From NCBI RefSeq assembly GCF_030144855.1, contig NC_082716.1, positions 33,356,001-33,420,000 of the forward strand: DNA of 64,000 bases, in the 5' to 3' direction. This DNA is from Hypanus sabinus. Lineage: Eukaryota. Below, piece after piece: positions 1-12,853 of the stretch; the stretch's first letter is position 1; every line of letters starts with the position of its first letter. The position numbers and the translations under genes were made by a program. The notes beneath the pieces are model-generated. The model worked only from the letters and a program-made list of their open reading frames with translations, did no database searches and was not told where the DNA came from.

Positions 1-316
1 AACCTAGACCAGTATGATGAAAGCATACATTGATAGGGTTAGATAAAATGAGGTAGCCTGTAGTTCAAATACAGCAATAACCCTGTAGCAAGCCAGTTGA
101 GATGCAAGTCCTACATTTCTGCTATTTAAGAATTCCAGGGATCCATTAACGCACACACAAATACATTTTGCAATATCAATTGAGTTGAAATAAATGCAAG
201 AAAATATATTTTGTAAGCATCAAAGACAAAATTAGGTTGAATTTGAATATGGCTGTGCAAGTCTTAATGGTTTTCAAATTTTATAAGTCTCTGCTGAGCA
301 GTTACAATAGAAAATA

Positions 317-1103
317 CACAGGATTGGGCCATTAGTTAATCAGGGCAGCTGCTTATTTGGGACTACCCTTAAAGAACAAAAAACAATTGAGAGAATAGTC
401 GGATTCCCTTCATTTATTCTGGACACTATGCTGCTTAATTGGAACAGGAGACTGTTGCCAAACAGTAACTAACTAGCATCAGCTGTGTGCACCTGTGTGG
501 CTGTTAGATACTACAGCATTCTTAGAGCAAACAGTTTTTAATTAATGTCAGTTGCGTGCATTTATATTCAAAAAGCAGTTATTTTTGTCACTGATTGTTG
601 GTAAGTAAACAGGAGCAAGATAATGTTCAACTGTTTTGCTCACAGCGATTTCAAGCATTTAGGCTTGAAACAGCCGGGAGTGAAAATGAAATGATTTCAG
701 CACTTCAAGTTAGGAACTACGAGGAATTTAAAGGTATTGACAATTACTTTAAATATTACAATGAAAATTTGGAGAATGCAATTGTCGAAAGCACTGTATG
801 AAGACAGTACATTATCTGCACTAATTTTGTTCATTTACAGTCAATCAAAAGAACACAGCAGCATACAATGGATGAATTCCTCCATGGATAACTATTAGGA
901 GCTTATATGCAGCTTTATAGTACTGTAGTACTTTTAATAGTGTTTTACTTTGTTCTGCATTTTATTCAAATACATATTTTGTTATTCAGTTAAATGATGG
1001 TGTCATTCTTTAATACCTTTTAAGTATTTCAGCTAATTGGGGCAGTTGCTAATTGGGCCAAAATGTACAGTCCCAATGTGTCGCAATTAACTGGAATGCA
1101 TTG
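317..1103. mobile_element. Non-autonomous TcMar-Tigger-like DNA transposon (copy 1 of 3)
   Basis: Ends ...CAATTAACTGGAATGCATTG|TA. Internal sequence matches the copies at 38014-39085 and 53298-54073 (shared TTAATTGGGGCAG motifs and GAACAAAAACTAATTGAGAA-like block). Confidence 0.7.
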
Positions 1104-1586
1104 TACTTAAAATTACTTTAGAAATTATTTGGTTTAAAATCACAACATTCCCATTTTGTAGCACTCAATTCAGGTTGTAAAAATCCCCATTAATTTCAGA
1201 GAGCTTCGATAAAACATCTTCATTAAAACATTGGGTTGCCAAATCTGGCTGGATGCATTCCCAGTGGTTTGATCGGGTGACATGCATTGCATGATCATTT
1301 TTAACAGCTGAAGAGCCTAGCTACCCAAACCAGATGAAATGGGTTTGGGTCAGGTGTCAAAACAATTTTAAGTCAGGCCAATCTTAATAATATCTGCACT
1401 AATGTTCAGTTGAGTAGAAGTTGATAATACTGACTGCCCACAAATAGCAGGAATATTACAGATTACACAGACAACTATTTGTCCTATTGAATTTTTTTAA
1501 TTAGATGTTGGAAAGCTGAAATAGAAAAAGGAACTACTCAAAACATTCCATGAGTCAAGCAGCATCTAGCCTTACTCTATCAGATA

Positions 1587-3103
1587 CAGTTACAAAAAAA
1601 AGTTTGTGAACCCTTTGCAATTACCTGGTTTTCTGCATTAATTACTCATGAAACATGGTCTGATCTTCGTCTAAGTAATGATAATAGACAAACACAATCT
1701 GCCTAAATTGTACTTCTTGTCAATACAGAGTACACCATTTAAACAATCACAGACTAGGTTCAAAAAGTATGTGAACCTCTGGGGTAATACCTTCAACAAA
1801 AGCTATTTGGAGTCACATGTTCCGATCAGTGAGCTGAGATTGGAGGAGTGGGCTGTAGAGGTGCCCTGCCCCATAAAACAAGACACATAAAGTCCGGTTA
1901 CTGACAGAACCTGTTCTTCTCAAGAAAGATCAGTTTACATGCATTATACCTCAATCAAAACAACTTTCAGAAGACCTTAGAAAAAGAATTGTAGAGATGC
2001 ATGAAGCTGGAAAAGGCTGCAAAAGCATTTCTAAAGACCTGCGTGTTCATCAGTCCATAGTAAGAGAAACTGTCTATAAGTGAAGACAATTCAGCACTGT
2101 TGCCACTCTCCCAATGAGTGGGCATCCTGCAAAGATCACACCAACAGCACAATGTGCAATGCTGAAGGAGGTGAAAAACAACGCAAGGGAAACAGCAAAA
2201 GACCTGCAGAAATATCTAGAACTTTAAGTCTCTGTTCATGTGTCCACTACAAGAAAAACACTGAACAAGAATGGCGTTCATGAAAGGACACTATTGCTCT
2301 CCAAAAAAAAATATTGCAAACAACCACCTGGATGTTCCACAACACCTCTTGGACAATATCCTTTGAACAGATGAGACAAAATGTCTGTTTGGAGGAAAAA
2401 GGCACAGCAACATCAATACCTCATCCCAACTGTAAAGCTTGGTGGAAGGCACGCAATGGTTTAGGGCTGCTTTGCTGCCTTGGGGCCTGGACAGCTTGCA
2501 ACTGTTAAGGGAACAATGCATTCAAAATTCTATCAAGAAACTTTACAGGAGAATATCAGGAGAGTGGTCAGTCACCCGAAGCTTAATAGAAGTTGAATGA
2601 TGCAACAAGCCAATGATCTGAAACATAACAGTAAATCAACAACAATAGTTTACAAAGGAAAAAAAATTGTGTTTTGGAATGGCCAAGTGACTTTAACCCA
2701 ATTGAGATGCTGTGGCATGACTTGAAGAATGCTGGTCATGCACGGTATCCTAGAAATATTGATGAACTGTAACAGTTTTGTATCAAGGAATGGTCTAAAA
2801 TTCCTCCTCACCACTGTGCAAGCCTGATCAGCAGCTACAGGAAATGTTTGGTGGAGGTCACAGCTGGTAAAGGGGGTTCTACCAGTTATTAAATACAAGG
2901 GTTTATGTACTTTTTCCAGCCTAAACTGTGAATGATTAAACAATGTGTTCAATAAAGACATGACAACCGTAATTGTTTGTGTTAGTTTAGGCAGATGATG
3001 TTAATTATTGTGACTTAGATGAAGATCAGACCACATTTTATGAGTAATTAATACAGAAAACCAGGTCAGTGTGAAGGGTTCAACAAACTTTTTCTTACAA
3101 CTG
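1587..3103 (+). mobile_element. Tc1/mariner transposon, near full length, transposase decayed
   Basis: TA|CAGTTACAAAAAAAAGTTTGTGAACCCTT... and ...AAGGGTTCAACAAACTTTTTCTTACAACTG|TA form long TIRs with TA TSDs. Internal broken transposase: QLSEDLRKRIVEMHEAGKGCKSISKDL (paired-like HTH) and NPIEMLWHDLK, with stops and frameshifts. Confidence 0.92.
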
Positions 3104-3409
3104 TATATACCCTGTATCTTATCTATGCCTTCCCCAACCAAAACTAATGCTACTCTGCTACTAAAACAAATGTGTTCTCTTTTCTCCTGGTACTGATCAA
3201 CTATCTTTAACTTGAATCGTTATCTATTCCCCTTCCAGTCATAGGCTGACCTGCTGAATGTGTACAGCATTTTCTAGCTTTACTAAAAAGCATGTCTACA
3301 TGACCTGAGCTCAACTAGACACACATTCAATCTCATATACAATCATTAGGCTTAGGTTGAGATCAAACTAGCCAGGAACAGATCAGGTATTATTTTTATG
3401 CGCCTAAAC

Positions 3410-3487
3410 CAGGGGTTTCTAACCATTTCATGCATGGACCAATAGCATTAAGAAAGGAGTGTCTGGACCCTAGGTTGGGAATCCCTG
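3410..3487. mobile_element. hAT-type MITE
   Basis: CAGGGGTTTCTAACC...GGTTGGGAATCCCTG TIRs, near-identical 8-bp flanks GCCTAAAC/CTCTAAAC. Related to the element at 23619-23698. Confidence 0.7.
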
Positions 3488-4351
3488 CTCTAAACATGGG
3501 TCCTTGGTTCTCCAGCAGTAATGAAATGCCATAAGTAAATTTCAGTTCGCCAACCTTTTGCACATATATTTGTGGAGCTTGTATAATAAACTGATTCTAA
3601 TAAATTTTAGATCTTAGGTTTTCTTCTTCCAGAATATTCCAGGCTTCTGGATAGAATACCCTCTAACTGCTTTGTTAAGCCCAAGGCACACATGGATATC
3701 AATACATAGTGCAGCTCAACTCACCTAGCAACCCTTTAATAAATATCTTGCTTTTTATTTAAATGTGATCATTTGAAATCCCTTTAAGTGTGTCAACTTA
3801 GCTCATTCAGATGGGGTGGGACAATCTCAATAGGTTTCAAGGTACAAGGTCCAGTTTTGTTGTAGTAATAAGTTTGGAATGGAGGTTTAATTGGATATAA
3901 AATAGGGTCTCAGTCCAAGCCTGACCCAAGTGCAGCAGTTATGGCTCTCATCTTGGCAAATTGAGGTGCACACAGGAACTTGAGTGTGCTCTTCACATTC
4001 AGTGAAACCGGGTGGTTGCCTTGAATGGAATGGAGTGTTCAAAATAACCACCCACTGCTATCTTGAACACCCCATTTAGTTCAAGACACTGTGCAATGGT
4101 TGGACCGGGATCCGAATTCTTTTTATGGAAAATACTTTCAGCCTAGCTGAGCCTGACATACAATCAAGTCCTATCAGGCTCGAGTTGAGTATATCCAGAC
4201 ACCGGAAGTGCCCTCATACTAATCTCTGCAACAGTATGGAGATCATTCCCTCTTGACTTCCAAAACAGCAAAGTCAGTGGCAATTAGTTTCAGATACATA
4301 TACAATTATTTTTAAAAGAATCAGTCATAAAGTTGGTTCCTATTTTAATCA

Positions 4352-4912
4352 CCAAGGTTCACCTGTTTTGGGCCCCTCATCTTAGAAAAGATGTGCTAGC
4401 ATTGGAGAGGGTCCAGAGGAGTTTCACAAGGATGATTCCAGGAATGAAAGGATTATAATATGAGGAACATTTGATGGCTCTGGGTCTGTACTCACTGGAT
4501 TTCCAAAGGATTGGGGGGGGGGGGGGGATCTCATTGAAAGCTTTCGAACATTGAAAGGCCTAGACAGAGTAGATGTGAAAAGGATGTTTCCCATGGTGGG
4601 AGAGTCTAGGACAAGAGGGCACAGTCTCAGGACAGGGGGCGCTCTTTCTAAGCAGATGTGGAGAAATTCCTTTCGCCAAAGGATGGTGAATTTGTTGCCA
4701 CATGCAGCTGTGGAGGCCAGATTGTTGGATGTATTTAAGGCAGAGATTGACAGGTTCTTGATTGGACATGGCATCAAAGGTTACGGGGAGAGGCAGGAAC
4801 TGGGGTTGAGGAGGAGACTAAAGAAAAGGATCAGCCATGATTGAATGGTGGAGCAGACTCAATCAGCCAAATGGCCTAATTCTGCTCCTACGTTTTATCA
4901 TCTTTATGGTCT
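4352..4912 (+). mobile_element. CR1 LINE 3' fragment
   Basis: Decayed ORF2 C-terminus (LERVQRSFTRMIPGMKGL, GLDRVDVKRMFP, FKAEIDRFL) followed by the typical CR1 3' UTR. Confidence 0.85.
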
Positions 4913-5593
4913 AAACTCTGAAGTAAAGCAAAAACCATTGAGTCCCCATGTTTAGTTCTTGTTTTGCTTTAAAATATTTAAGCACAGTTGATCAGATATA
5001 GATATCAGCCACAGTGGATACCTTTATCGGACCCTCTTCTTCAGTTGGCTTCTAATTATTTCAGGATTATGGGAAGTAGTGAGAAATGAATGTCTTTTTT
5101 AAAAATGCTAGATGGTACAGATATTGCATCACTGTGTATAATGAAAATGTTTATGCTAAATTTTGCACAGAATAGAAACCATATGTGGAACATTCTTTGT
5201 TATTTGTGAATCCACTTTAAAAACATCGAGATATTTCTTTAAAACGAGAATGTACGTTGCAACTTCGCTTGTTCTGCAATTACTCACTAAATCTACAAAG
5301 CAGTTTTTATTTTCCGTTTTTCAGAATGTTAGGAAAAAGCTGTGAAGCCTTCCATTAATAATATATTTCATTGATAAAATACTATTCCAAAACTGAACGG
5401 ACATCAGCTGTAGTATTTCTTCCAAAGGAGTTCCTACACCCTCAACTATACAGTTTGTCATGAAGTGAGAAGCATCTAAAACCTACAATATGCTTTCTCT
5501 ATAAATGCTTAATAGCACTGCCATTTTAATAGTAGCTTCATGTTTCTCAGCCGCAGGCAATGCATTCTTGAAGAATGAACTATGATGTTACAA

Positions 5594-5875
5594 GGACAGT
5601 GGCTCAACTGGCAGAGCTGCTGCCTCACATCTAAAGTGACCCGGGTTTAATCCTGAACTCCAATGCTGTCCTGTTAGCATTTTCTCCACAATTTTCCCTG
5701 AGGGCTCTGTTTCCTCTCATACCCCAAAGATTGGTAGATTAGTTAGCCACTGTAAACAGTCCATTATTGTCGAATCTGGGAACAGTTGATGGAATGAGAG
5801 GAGAGTAAAATGGGTTTTGTGCAACTGGGCGCTTGATTGTCAGCATAGATTTAGTGAGCTGCAGAGCCTGTTATA
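5594..5875 (+). mobile_element. tRNA-derived V-SINE/HE1-like SINE (decayed)
   Basis: A-box-like AGTGGCTCAACTGG, GCTGCCTCAC, B-box-like GGTTTAATCC and a V-SINE-like core. Boundaries approximate. Confidence 0.55.
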
Positions 5876-5892
5876 TAGCTATTATAGTACTC

Positions 5893-7080
5893 AACTTGTC
5901 ATGATCAACTAAGTTCAAACATCTTCCTCCCTTTCTTGATTTGTCTCCATCTCTGGAGGCAAACTGTTGAACGACATTTTTTTATAAACCTACCAATTCT
6001 CATGACTAGACTATACCTCTTCCCATCCTGTCTCCTGTAGAAATGAGATTCCCTTTTCTTACAAACAAGAGAAAATCTGGAGGTGCTGGAAATACAATCA
6101 ACACACACAAAATGCTGTAGGAACTCAGCAAGCCAGGCAGCATCTATGGAAAAGGGTACAGTCAACGTTTCAGGCCGAAACCTTTCAGCAGGACAGTTCC
6201 TTCGTCTCTGCTGCATCTGTTCCCAGGATGCAACTTTCCTTTCCAGGACATCAAAGATGACCTTTCTCAAAGAACAGGGCTTCCCTTCCTCTACCATTAA
6301 TGCAGCCCTCACCCTCATCTCCTTCATCCCCATATATCTACACTCATCCCATTAACCTGCTGCATTGATAGTGATAGAGTTCTTGTTCTTACCTACCACC
6401 CAATAAGCCTCTGCATGTAACACATAACTCTCCACAATGTCCACCATCTTGAAAGGGATCCTATCACTAAACATATCTTTACCTCCTCCCCCACCTCTGC
6501 TTTCCCCAGTGATCACTATCTCCGGGATTCCCCTATTCATTCATCCCTCCCGGCACTTATCCCTGCCAAACATTTTAATTCCCATTCCAACATGTAAATC
6601 CTTGCTCTCCTCTTGTACCACGATGAGGCCACCCTCAAGGTGGAGGGAGAACACCTTGTATTCCATCTGAGTAGCCTTCAAATTTATAGCATGAACATCA
6701 ATTTCTCCATCCAGTAAAAATAAATCCCCTCCCCTTCTCTTCTTCTATGCCCTCTCTGACATCTTACCTCTTCTCATCTGCCCTGGATTCCTCCTCCTTC
6801 CCTTTCTCCAATGGTCCACTCTCCTCTATCAGATTCCTTCCTCTGTAGAAATTTACCTTTCCTAACTGCCTGGTTTCATCTATCCTCCTCTAGCTAACCT
6901 CCTTCCTCTCCTTCACCTTTTTATTCTGCGATCTTTCCCCTTCTGTTCCAGTCCTGAAGAAGGGTATCGACTCAAAATGTGGACAGTTTATTAATTTCTA
7001 TAGATGCTATTGACTTGCTGAGTTTCTCCAGCATTTTGTCTGCGTTGCATTGGATTTCCAGCATCTGCAGAATTTCTCAT
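5893..7080 (+). mobile_element. Penelope-like retroelement 3' part, with an inverted copy of its own tail at about 6062-6193
   Basis: Decayed peptide LDYTSSHPVSCRNEIPFS...QFLRLCCICSQDATFLSRTSKMTFLKEQGFPSSTINAAL, typical of the PLE RT C-terminus. Pyrimidine-rich 3' region and a hammerhead-like tail at 6948-6985. Confidence 0.75.
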
Positions 7081-8345
7081 ACATATGCATTGTGCTTATT
7101 TGCATACCTACAATAAGGTTTTGCCTGGACTAGAGAATTTCTTTAAAAAACTGATTGCTGAAACTGTTGCACTGAATAACAACTTTGGAAATAGCATATT
7201 AATGATAATTAGTAAAATTAACTAACCAAAATGATCTGGCTGACCTTAGGGAATAAAAGGAGGGAACAGATTCTAAGATCTTATGTAGAAACAGGACAAA
7301 AGCAGAGAACAACTGCTGAATGAACCTTTCCAAACTGGAGTTTGTGGAAATTGATAACGTTTAAGGCCAAAATTTTGTGGAGAAACATCCAGAGTTACTC
7401 CTGTCACCTGTGTAAATGACTCAGTGACGTTACTCAAGAAAATGTTTCAAAAGAGTCCCGAGACAAAATCATATGGTTGCACTTCTCCAGCACAAATGCA
7501 GAGAGATCCATCCAAATAACTTGCACCAGCTTGAACCAGGTACAGGATGGAAAATCCTTTTTTGAATGCAAGGGACAAAATAGTTCCAATCAAAATATAA
7601 TTGTCAATCATATAATTGTCAATCAAATTAAAATCTTGTGTACTTTTCACCATGTTTTGATCATTCCTGAATGCCAGAAACAATCTATTCCACTGTGACT
7701 TAGCTAGAGCTCATAGCCAATTCAACGTTTTTTTTAAAGCAGTGCTACTGACAGTGAATGCTCTGACCCAATCTCCCTCCAACTGACAAAAGTCATACTT
7801 TAAAGCCCTGCTCTCGCTCCAGATCTCACCTTTGAGGAATGAAGAGTTGGAATTAGCGTCCTGCAAGTGTAAGTAGATGCTGGAGAAAAATAACCTCATA
7901 TTAAGTGTCTAGGTTAATGGCAGGTACTGGTGGCTGGCATAATAGGTCCTGATACAGGATTGCAACCTAAAACATTGATGATTCCTTCCCCTCCCCAAAT
8001 GCTGCTCTACTTGCTGCCCTTCTCCAGTAGATTGTTTGTTGCTCCAGATTCCAGCATCTGGAGTTTGATGAATTTCTGTTGTCCTTTGGCTTAGATCAGT
8101 ATGCAAGTTGCTCAGTTTAAAACATGTAGAATATAACAGGAACTAATGATAGAAGGCAGTTCAGGAATACATGGTAGAAACCAAACCCAGAGATGTTAAG
8201 GAGTTTCAGTGGCATTCCTGCGGTACTCTGAGGTGAGAGATACACTGGGGAAGTCAGCAGACTGGGTGATGTAAAATAAACTACACATTACTCAGTATTA
8301 GAAGGCAAAAGTAAATAGATTAGTCTAAACACAAGAATTGGACAG

Positions 8346-9123
8346 TAGGTTGAGTACCCCTTAGCTGCAATTCCAAAATCTTAATTTTTTTGGCGCTGAC
8401 ATGACGTCACAAATGGAAAATTTCAAAAGACTCTTGGGAAGGTTCCCAGGCAATGCGCAGGTCTCTGTGACGTGACCTCACATGTGTAATGAACAGAAGT
8501 TAATGAAAAATGGAAAACCCCGCATAAAGCAGAAAAAAAATGAAGATGTCAATTGTGCATCATCAGTGTCGGAGTGAACATATGCCTCTTAACGGTATGC
8601 TGATCATGAAACCAGCCAAAATCTATCGCAACGAACTGAAAATTGAAGCTAATTGTGAATATTCGGCAGACTGGCTGCAGAAATTTAAGAAATGTTAGGG
8701 CACCAAATTTTTAAAGCGTCCGCTGATCATGACAATCTAGCACCAGAACAGGACTACAATACCGATTGTTTTTATACCTTACATAAAACCTAAAAGAAAA
8801 GTCAAATATAGTGTACTGCAACCCTTTAATCAAAACACGCCATTGTAGGTGGAGACTGAAAGCCTGCCGCTGTTTGTTGTTGCTCAACAGCTGATTTTGG
8901 TATTCTCCCGATGCTGTTGTGCTGCTTCTGTTACCCTGCACATATTATATTCTTGTTATATTAATAATACTGTATGTAATAATGTGTATGTGTGATGAAC
9001 AAATGTAAGGCAAAGATTGCTTATGAGTAGCACATAAATTCAGAGCCAGAAATGATGGCAATCCAAGCTATCTCATTACATATTCAAAACCCAAATTATT
9101 TTGGATAAGGGGTACTCAACCTA
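8346..9123 (+). mobile_element. Tigger/pogo DNA transposon, internally deleted
   Basis: TIRs AGGTTGAGTACCCCTTA / TAAGGGGTACTCAACCT. Internal CENP-B-type HTH remnant (RSEHMPLNGMLIMKPAKIYRNELKIEANCEYSADWLQKFKK). Confidence 0.85.
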
Positions 9124-10801
9124 TACTGTGTTCCTTAAACTAATTCAAAAATTACAAACAAAATCTACAAATAATAACTCTGTTGCTCTCTACAACAGTT
9201 ATAGTAACATCACTAAACCACTGCTCTAAAGTATCTGCTTAGATTCTGCTCGGGTCTTGGTAAATGTTTTGAGAATAATTCTCTGCTCAGTTACAAGTAG
9301 CAAATTAACAGGATCTCTTTTCCATGTCACTACTAGACCAATCAAGTATAATTTAGGCTGCTGAGTTTCTTTCACCAAATACCATGCCCTTTATTTTCAA
9401 AACTTATAATGAAGAAAATACATGAATCTCATGTTTCATTGAATGAGGCTGTTTGTAAAATTATGAGAGACATTGCCCAACATGATTAACACAAAAATAT
9501 GAAACAGTAGAATATTATGGAGATCAAGCATTTACTGTGTAGGAAAAACTAACCACAGATTTTCAAGAAGCAACACTTTACCCGAGCTCAGTGCTAGCAC
9601 TCCTCCCTCAAAGTAGGATCCTCCCTCAAAGTAGGAAAATTTTGATTTCAAGATCCAAACCAGAGATATGAGCATAACATCTAACACTCCAGTGCTGGAC
9701 TAAGGGAGTGCTGCTGCAACAAAGATATCATTTTTATCAAGGCTCTACTTCAAGTGTACTTAAAAGGACAGAGCTCCAGATGTTTTCAGTGCTCTGAACA
9801 ATCTTCATTTCTCAATCAAATACTATTTAAAACTATCTTGTTTTCATAGTTTGTGGGAGTTTATTGCACTGATTAGCCACTACACTTACAATAACATTCT
9901 GGCTGTAAAATGTGATACAATCTCCTAATTCCCTTTATTATTTTAACACTTTATAGATATTGTCTTTATCTTCTTTCAAAACATTCTTTCAAGATTAAGG
10001 ATGACTTCTGTTTTGTGGGTTCCTGTGAACTGCAGATTCTTCTATGGGGGAGGAAGAAGATCATAAGACCATAATATATAGGAGCAGAATTAGACCATTT
10101 GCCCCATCAAGTGCTCTGTCTATGGCTGATCCAATTTTCCCTCTCAGCCCCAATCTCCTGCCCTCTCTCTGTTGCCCTGACCAATCAAGAATCCATCAAT
10201 CTCTGCCTCAAATGCACCCAATAATTTGGTCTACATAGCCACCTGTAGCAACGAATTCCACAGATTCACTACTCTCCATTTTAGACCCTCTATCCTGGGT
10301 CTGTGTCATCTGGTCTTAAGACTTCCCCAACATAGGAAACATCCTCTCCACATCCACTCTACCGAGTCTTTTCAACATTCAAAACGTTTCAATGAGATCC
10401 CCCCCTCATTCTTCTGAATTCCAGTGAGTACAGGCCCAGAGCCATCAAATGTTCTTTAGATGACAAACCTTTCACTTCTGATATGATTTCTGTGAACTTC
10501 CTTTGAACCCTCTCCACTGTTAGCATATCCCTTCTTACAAGAGGGGCCCAAAATTGCTCAGAGTACTCCAAATCTCCAAGTGAGGCCTCAGCAGTGCTTT
10601 ATAAAGCCTCAACATTACATCCTTGTTTTTATATTCAATTCCTTTTGAAATTAATGCTAACATTGCATTTGCATGCCTCACCACTGACCCAACCTGCAAG
10701 TCCTTTGGTACCTCAGATTTTTGAATTTCTCTCCATTTAGGAAAGTCTGCCCTTTTATTTCTTCTACCAAAGTGGATGACCATACACTTCCTAACACTTG
10801 G

Positions 10802-11697
10802 CAGTTGGCCCTCCTTATCTGCGAATTCAACCAACCGCGAATCACGAAAACCCGGAAGTGCTCTTCCAGCACTTGGTGTTCGNNNNNNNNNNNNNNNNNN
10901 NNNNNNNNNNNNNNNNNNNNNNNNNNNNNNNNNNNNNNNNNNNNNNNNNNNNNNNNNNNNNNNNNNNNNNNNNNNNNNNNNNNNNNNNNNNNNNNNNNNN
11001 NNNNNNNNNNNNNNNNNNNNNNNNATCGTGGATTGGGATCGAAAAAAATCGGAAGTTCTCTTACTAAGTAAGTCGGAACAGGTACATCCGGTATTATTAA
11101 GCGTCAGTTAGTCAAACGTTTGTCTTAGTGTATATATTTTACCTTTCTATGCATATAAAACACTTAACAGCGTATGTTTCAGCGCCGGGCTCGGGAACTG
11201 TTCCTGAGTGCAAGCCAGTGACAGACCACTCCCCACCATGCTCTCCACCATGGTGGGTTGACGTGGAGGATCAAAAACTCAAAACCCCAAAACTCAATAA
11301 TTAAACCACTGCATTGCTTAGTAATAATTGTAGCTTACATCAGGGCAGGGCTTTTCTCACTTTATCCTTTAAAATTGTTCTGATCGTTGACCGAAGTAGC
11401 CTAACGCTTTTCCAATGACGGATGGCATTTCACCTCTTTCCGATCACTTTATTACTTCCACTTTATTTTCAATTCTGATCGTGATTATTTTCGAGAACAG
11501 AAACACCGCGCATTCAGAGCTCTGGCCGGGTCCTAATGTCCACCGCACTGAGACAGGTTAAATAAGGTCTGGGGTTCTGCTGGGTCCTAAGATCCACCGC
11601 ATTGAGACAGGCTGAATAAGGGACTTGAGCATCCGCGAATTTTGATATCCGTGAGGGGTCCCAGAACCAATCCCCCGTGCATAAGGAGGGCCTACTG
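10802..11697. mobile_element. Tigger-like (MER2-type ends) non-autonomous transposon nested in CR1; contains an assembly gap
   Basis: TIRs CAGTTGGCCCTCCTTAT / ATAAGGAGGGCCTACTG followed by TA. The CR1 sequence resumes on both sides. Confidence 0.8.
10883..11024. other. Assembly gap (N run)
   Basis: Run of N. Confidence 1.
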
Positions 11698-12585
11698 TAT
11701 TTTATCTGCCACTTCTTTGCCCATTCTCATCCGCCTAAGCCTCTCTACTTCCTCAAAACTAGCAGCCCCTCCACTCATCTTCATATTGTTTGCAAACTTT
11801 GCAACAAAGCTATCAATTGTCTAACAAGTCATTGACACTTTACATAAAAAGCAGTCCCAACACAGACCCCTGTGGAACACCACTAGTCATCAGCAGCTGA
11901 TGAGAAAAGGCTCCTTTTATTCCCACTCTTTGCCTCCTACCAATTAGCCACTGCTTTATCCATACTAGTACCTTTCATGTAATAGCACGGCTCTAAACTT
12001 GTTAAGCAGCATCGTGTGGCACCATATCACGGGAATTCTGAAAGTCCAGGTACACAAATCCACTGATTCTCCTTTGTCTATCCTGCTTGTTAGTTCTTCG
12101 AAGAATTCCAACAGATTTGTCAGGTAAGATTTCCCTTGAGGAAACCATGCTGACTACAGCCTATCTTATCATGTTCTGGGCTTATAATTTCCTTTCTCTG
12201 CCTCTCTCCCTCCTTTTAGAGTGGAGTGACATTTGCAATTTTCCAACCCTCCAGAACAAATAAATTGAAACTTAAAAGATCATTAGTAATGCCTCCATAA
12301 TCTCTTTAACCACCTCTTTCAGCAACCTGAAGTGTATACAAACTGGACCAGGTGACTTATCTACCTTCGACCTTTCAGTTTCCCAAGAATCTTCTCCCTA
12401 GTAATGGCACTGTGACACTTCCGGCAAATTGCTGGTGTCTTCCACAGTGAAGTCTGATGCAAAATACTTATTCAATTCATCTGCCATTTCCTTGTCCTCC
12501 ATTTGTACCTCTCCAGCATCATTTTTCAGCAGTCTGACATCCACTCTCACTACTCATTTCCACTTTATTAAACTTCTGGTATCCT

Positions 12586-12853
12586 GGTTGGGTTGAGCTG
12601 AGTTGTTCTCCAATCTTGGAAATCCATTTGCAAATGTTTCATCACCATACAAGGAGAAATTATGTGTGCTGTTCACTTGTGGTGTGTCCTCAGAATGCTT
12701 TGCTTTTAGATACTTATCAATCAGTTGGTTGGTTGTCATTATGGAAACTCAATTGTGGTGCAGGGAGGGGGCTCTCATTGCTGAATGGTTGCCTGGTGAA
12801 CTCTGCGCAATGTCTGGAGTTGGCTTCAAGGTCTACATGTCTGTTGACAAAAT
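12586..12853 (-). mobile_element. Short Penelope-like 3' fragment inserted in CR1
   Basis: Flanked by the 9-bp direct repeat TGGTATCCT (12577-12585, 12854-12862). The minus strand reads ...VNRHVDLE... (PLE GIY-YIG C-terminal NRHIDL-like motif) and has a degenerate hammerhead-like tail. Confidence 0.55.

Noticed and set aside
9601-9636. 18-bp tandem duplication (a 15-bp one also at 7595-7624)
   Set aside because: Ordinary local slippage duplications in intronic DNA.
10721-11111. ORFs spanning N runs (also 49464-49784)
   Set aside because: Artefacts of assembly gaps within repeats.
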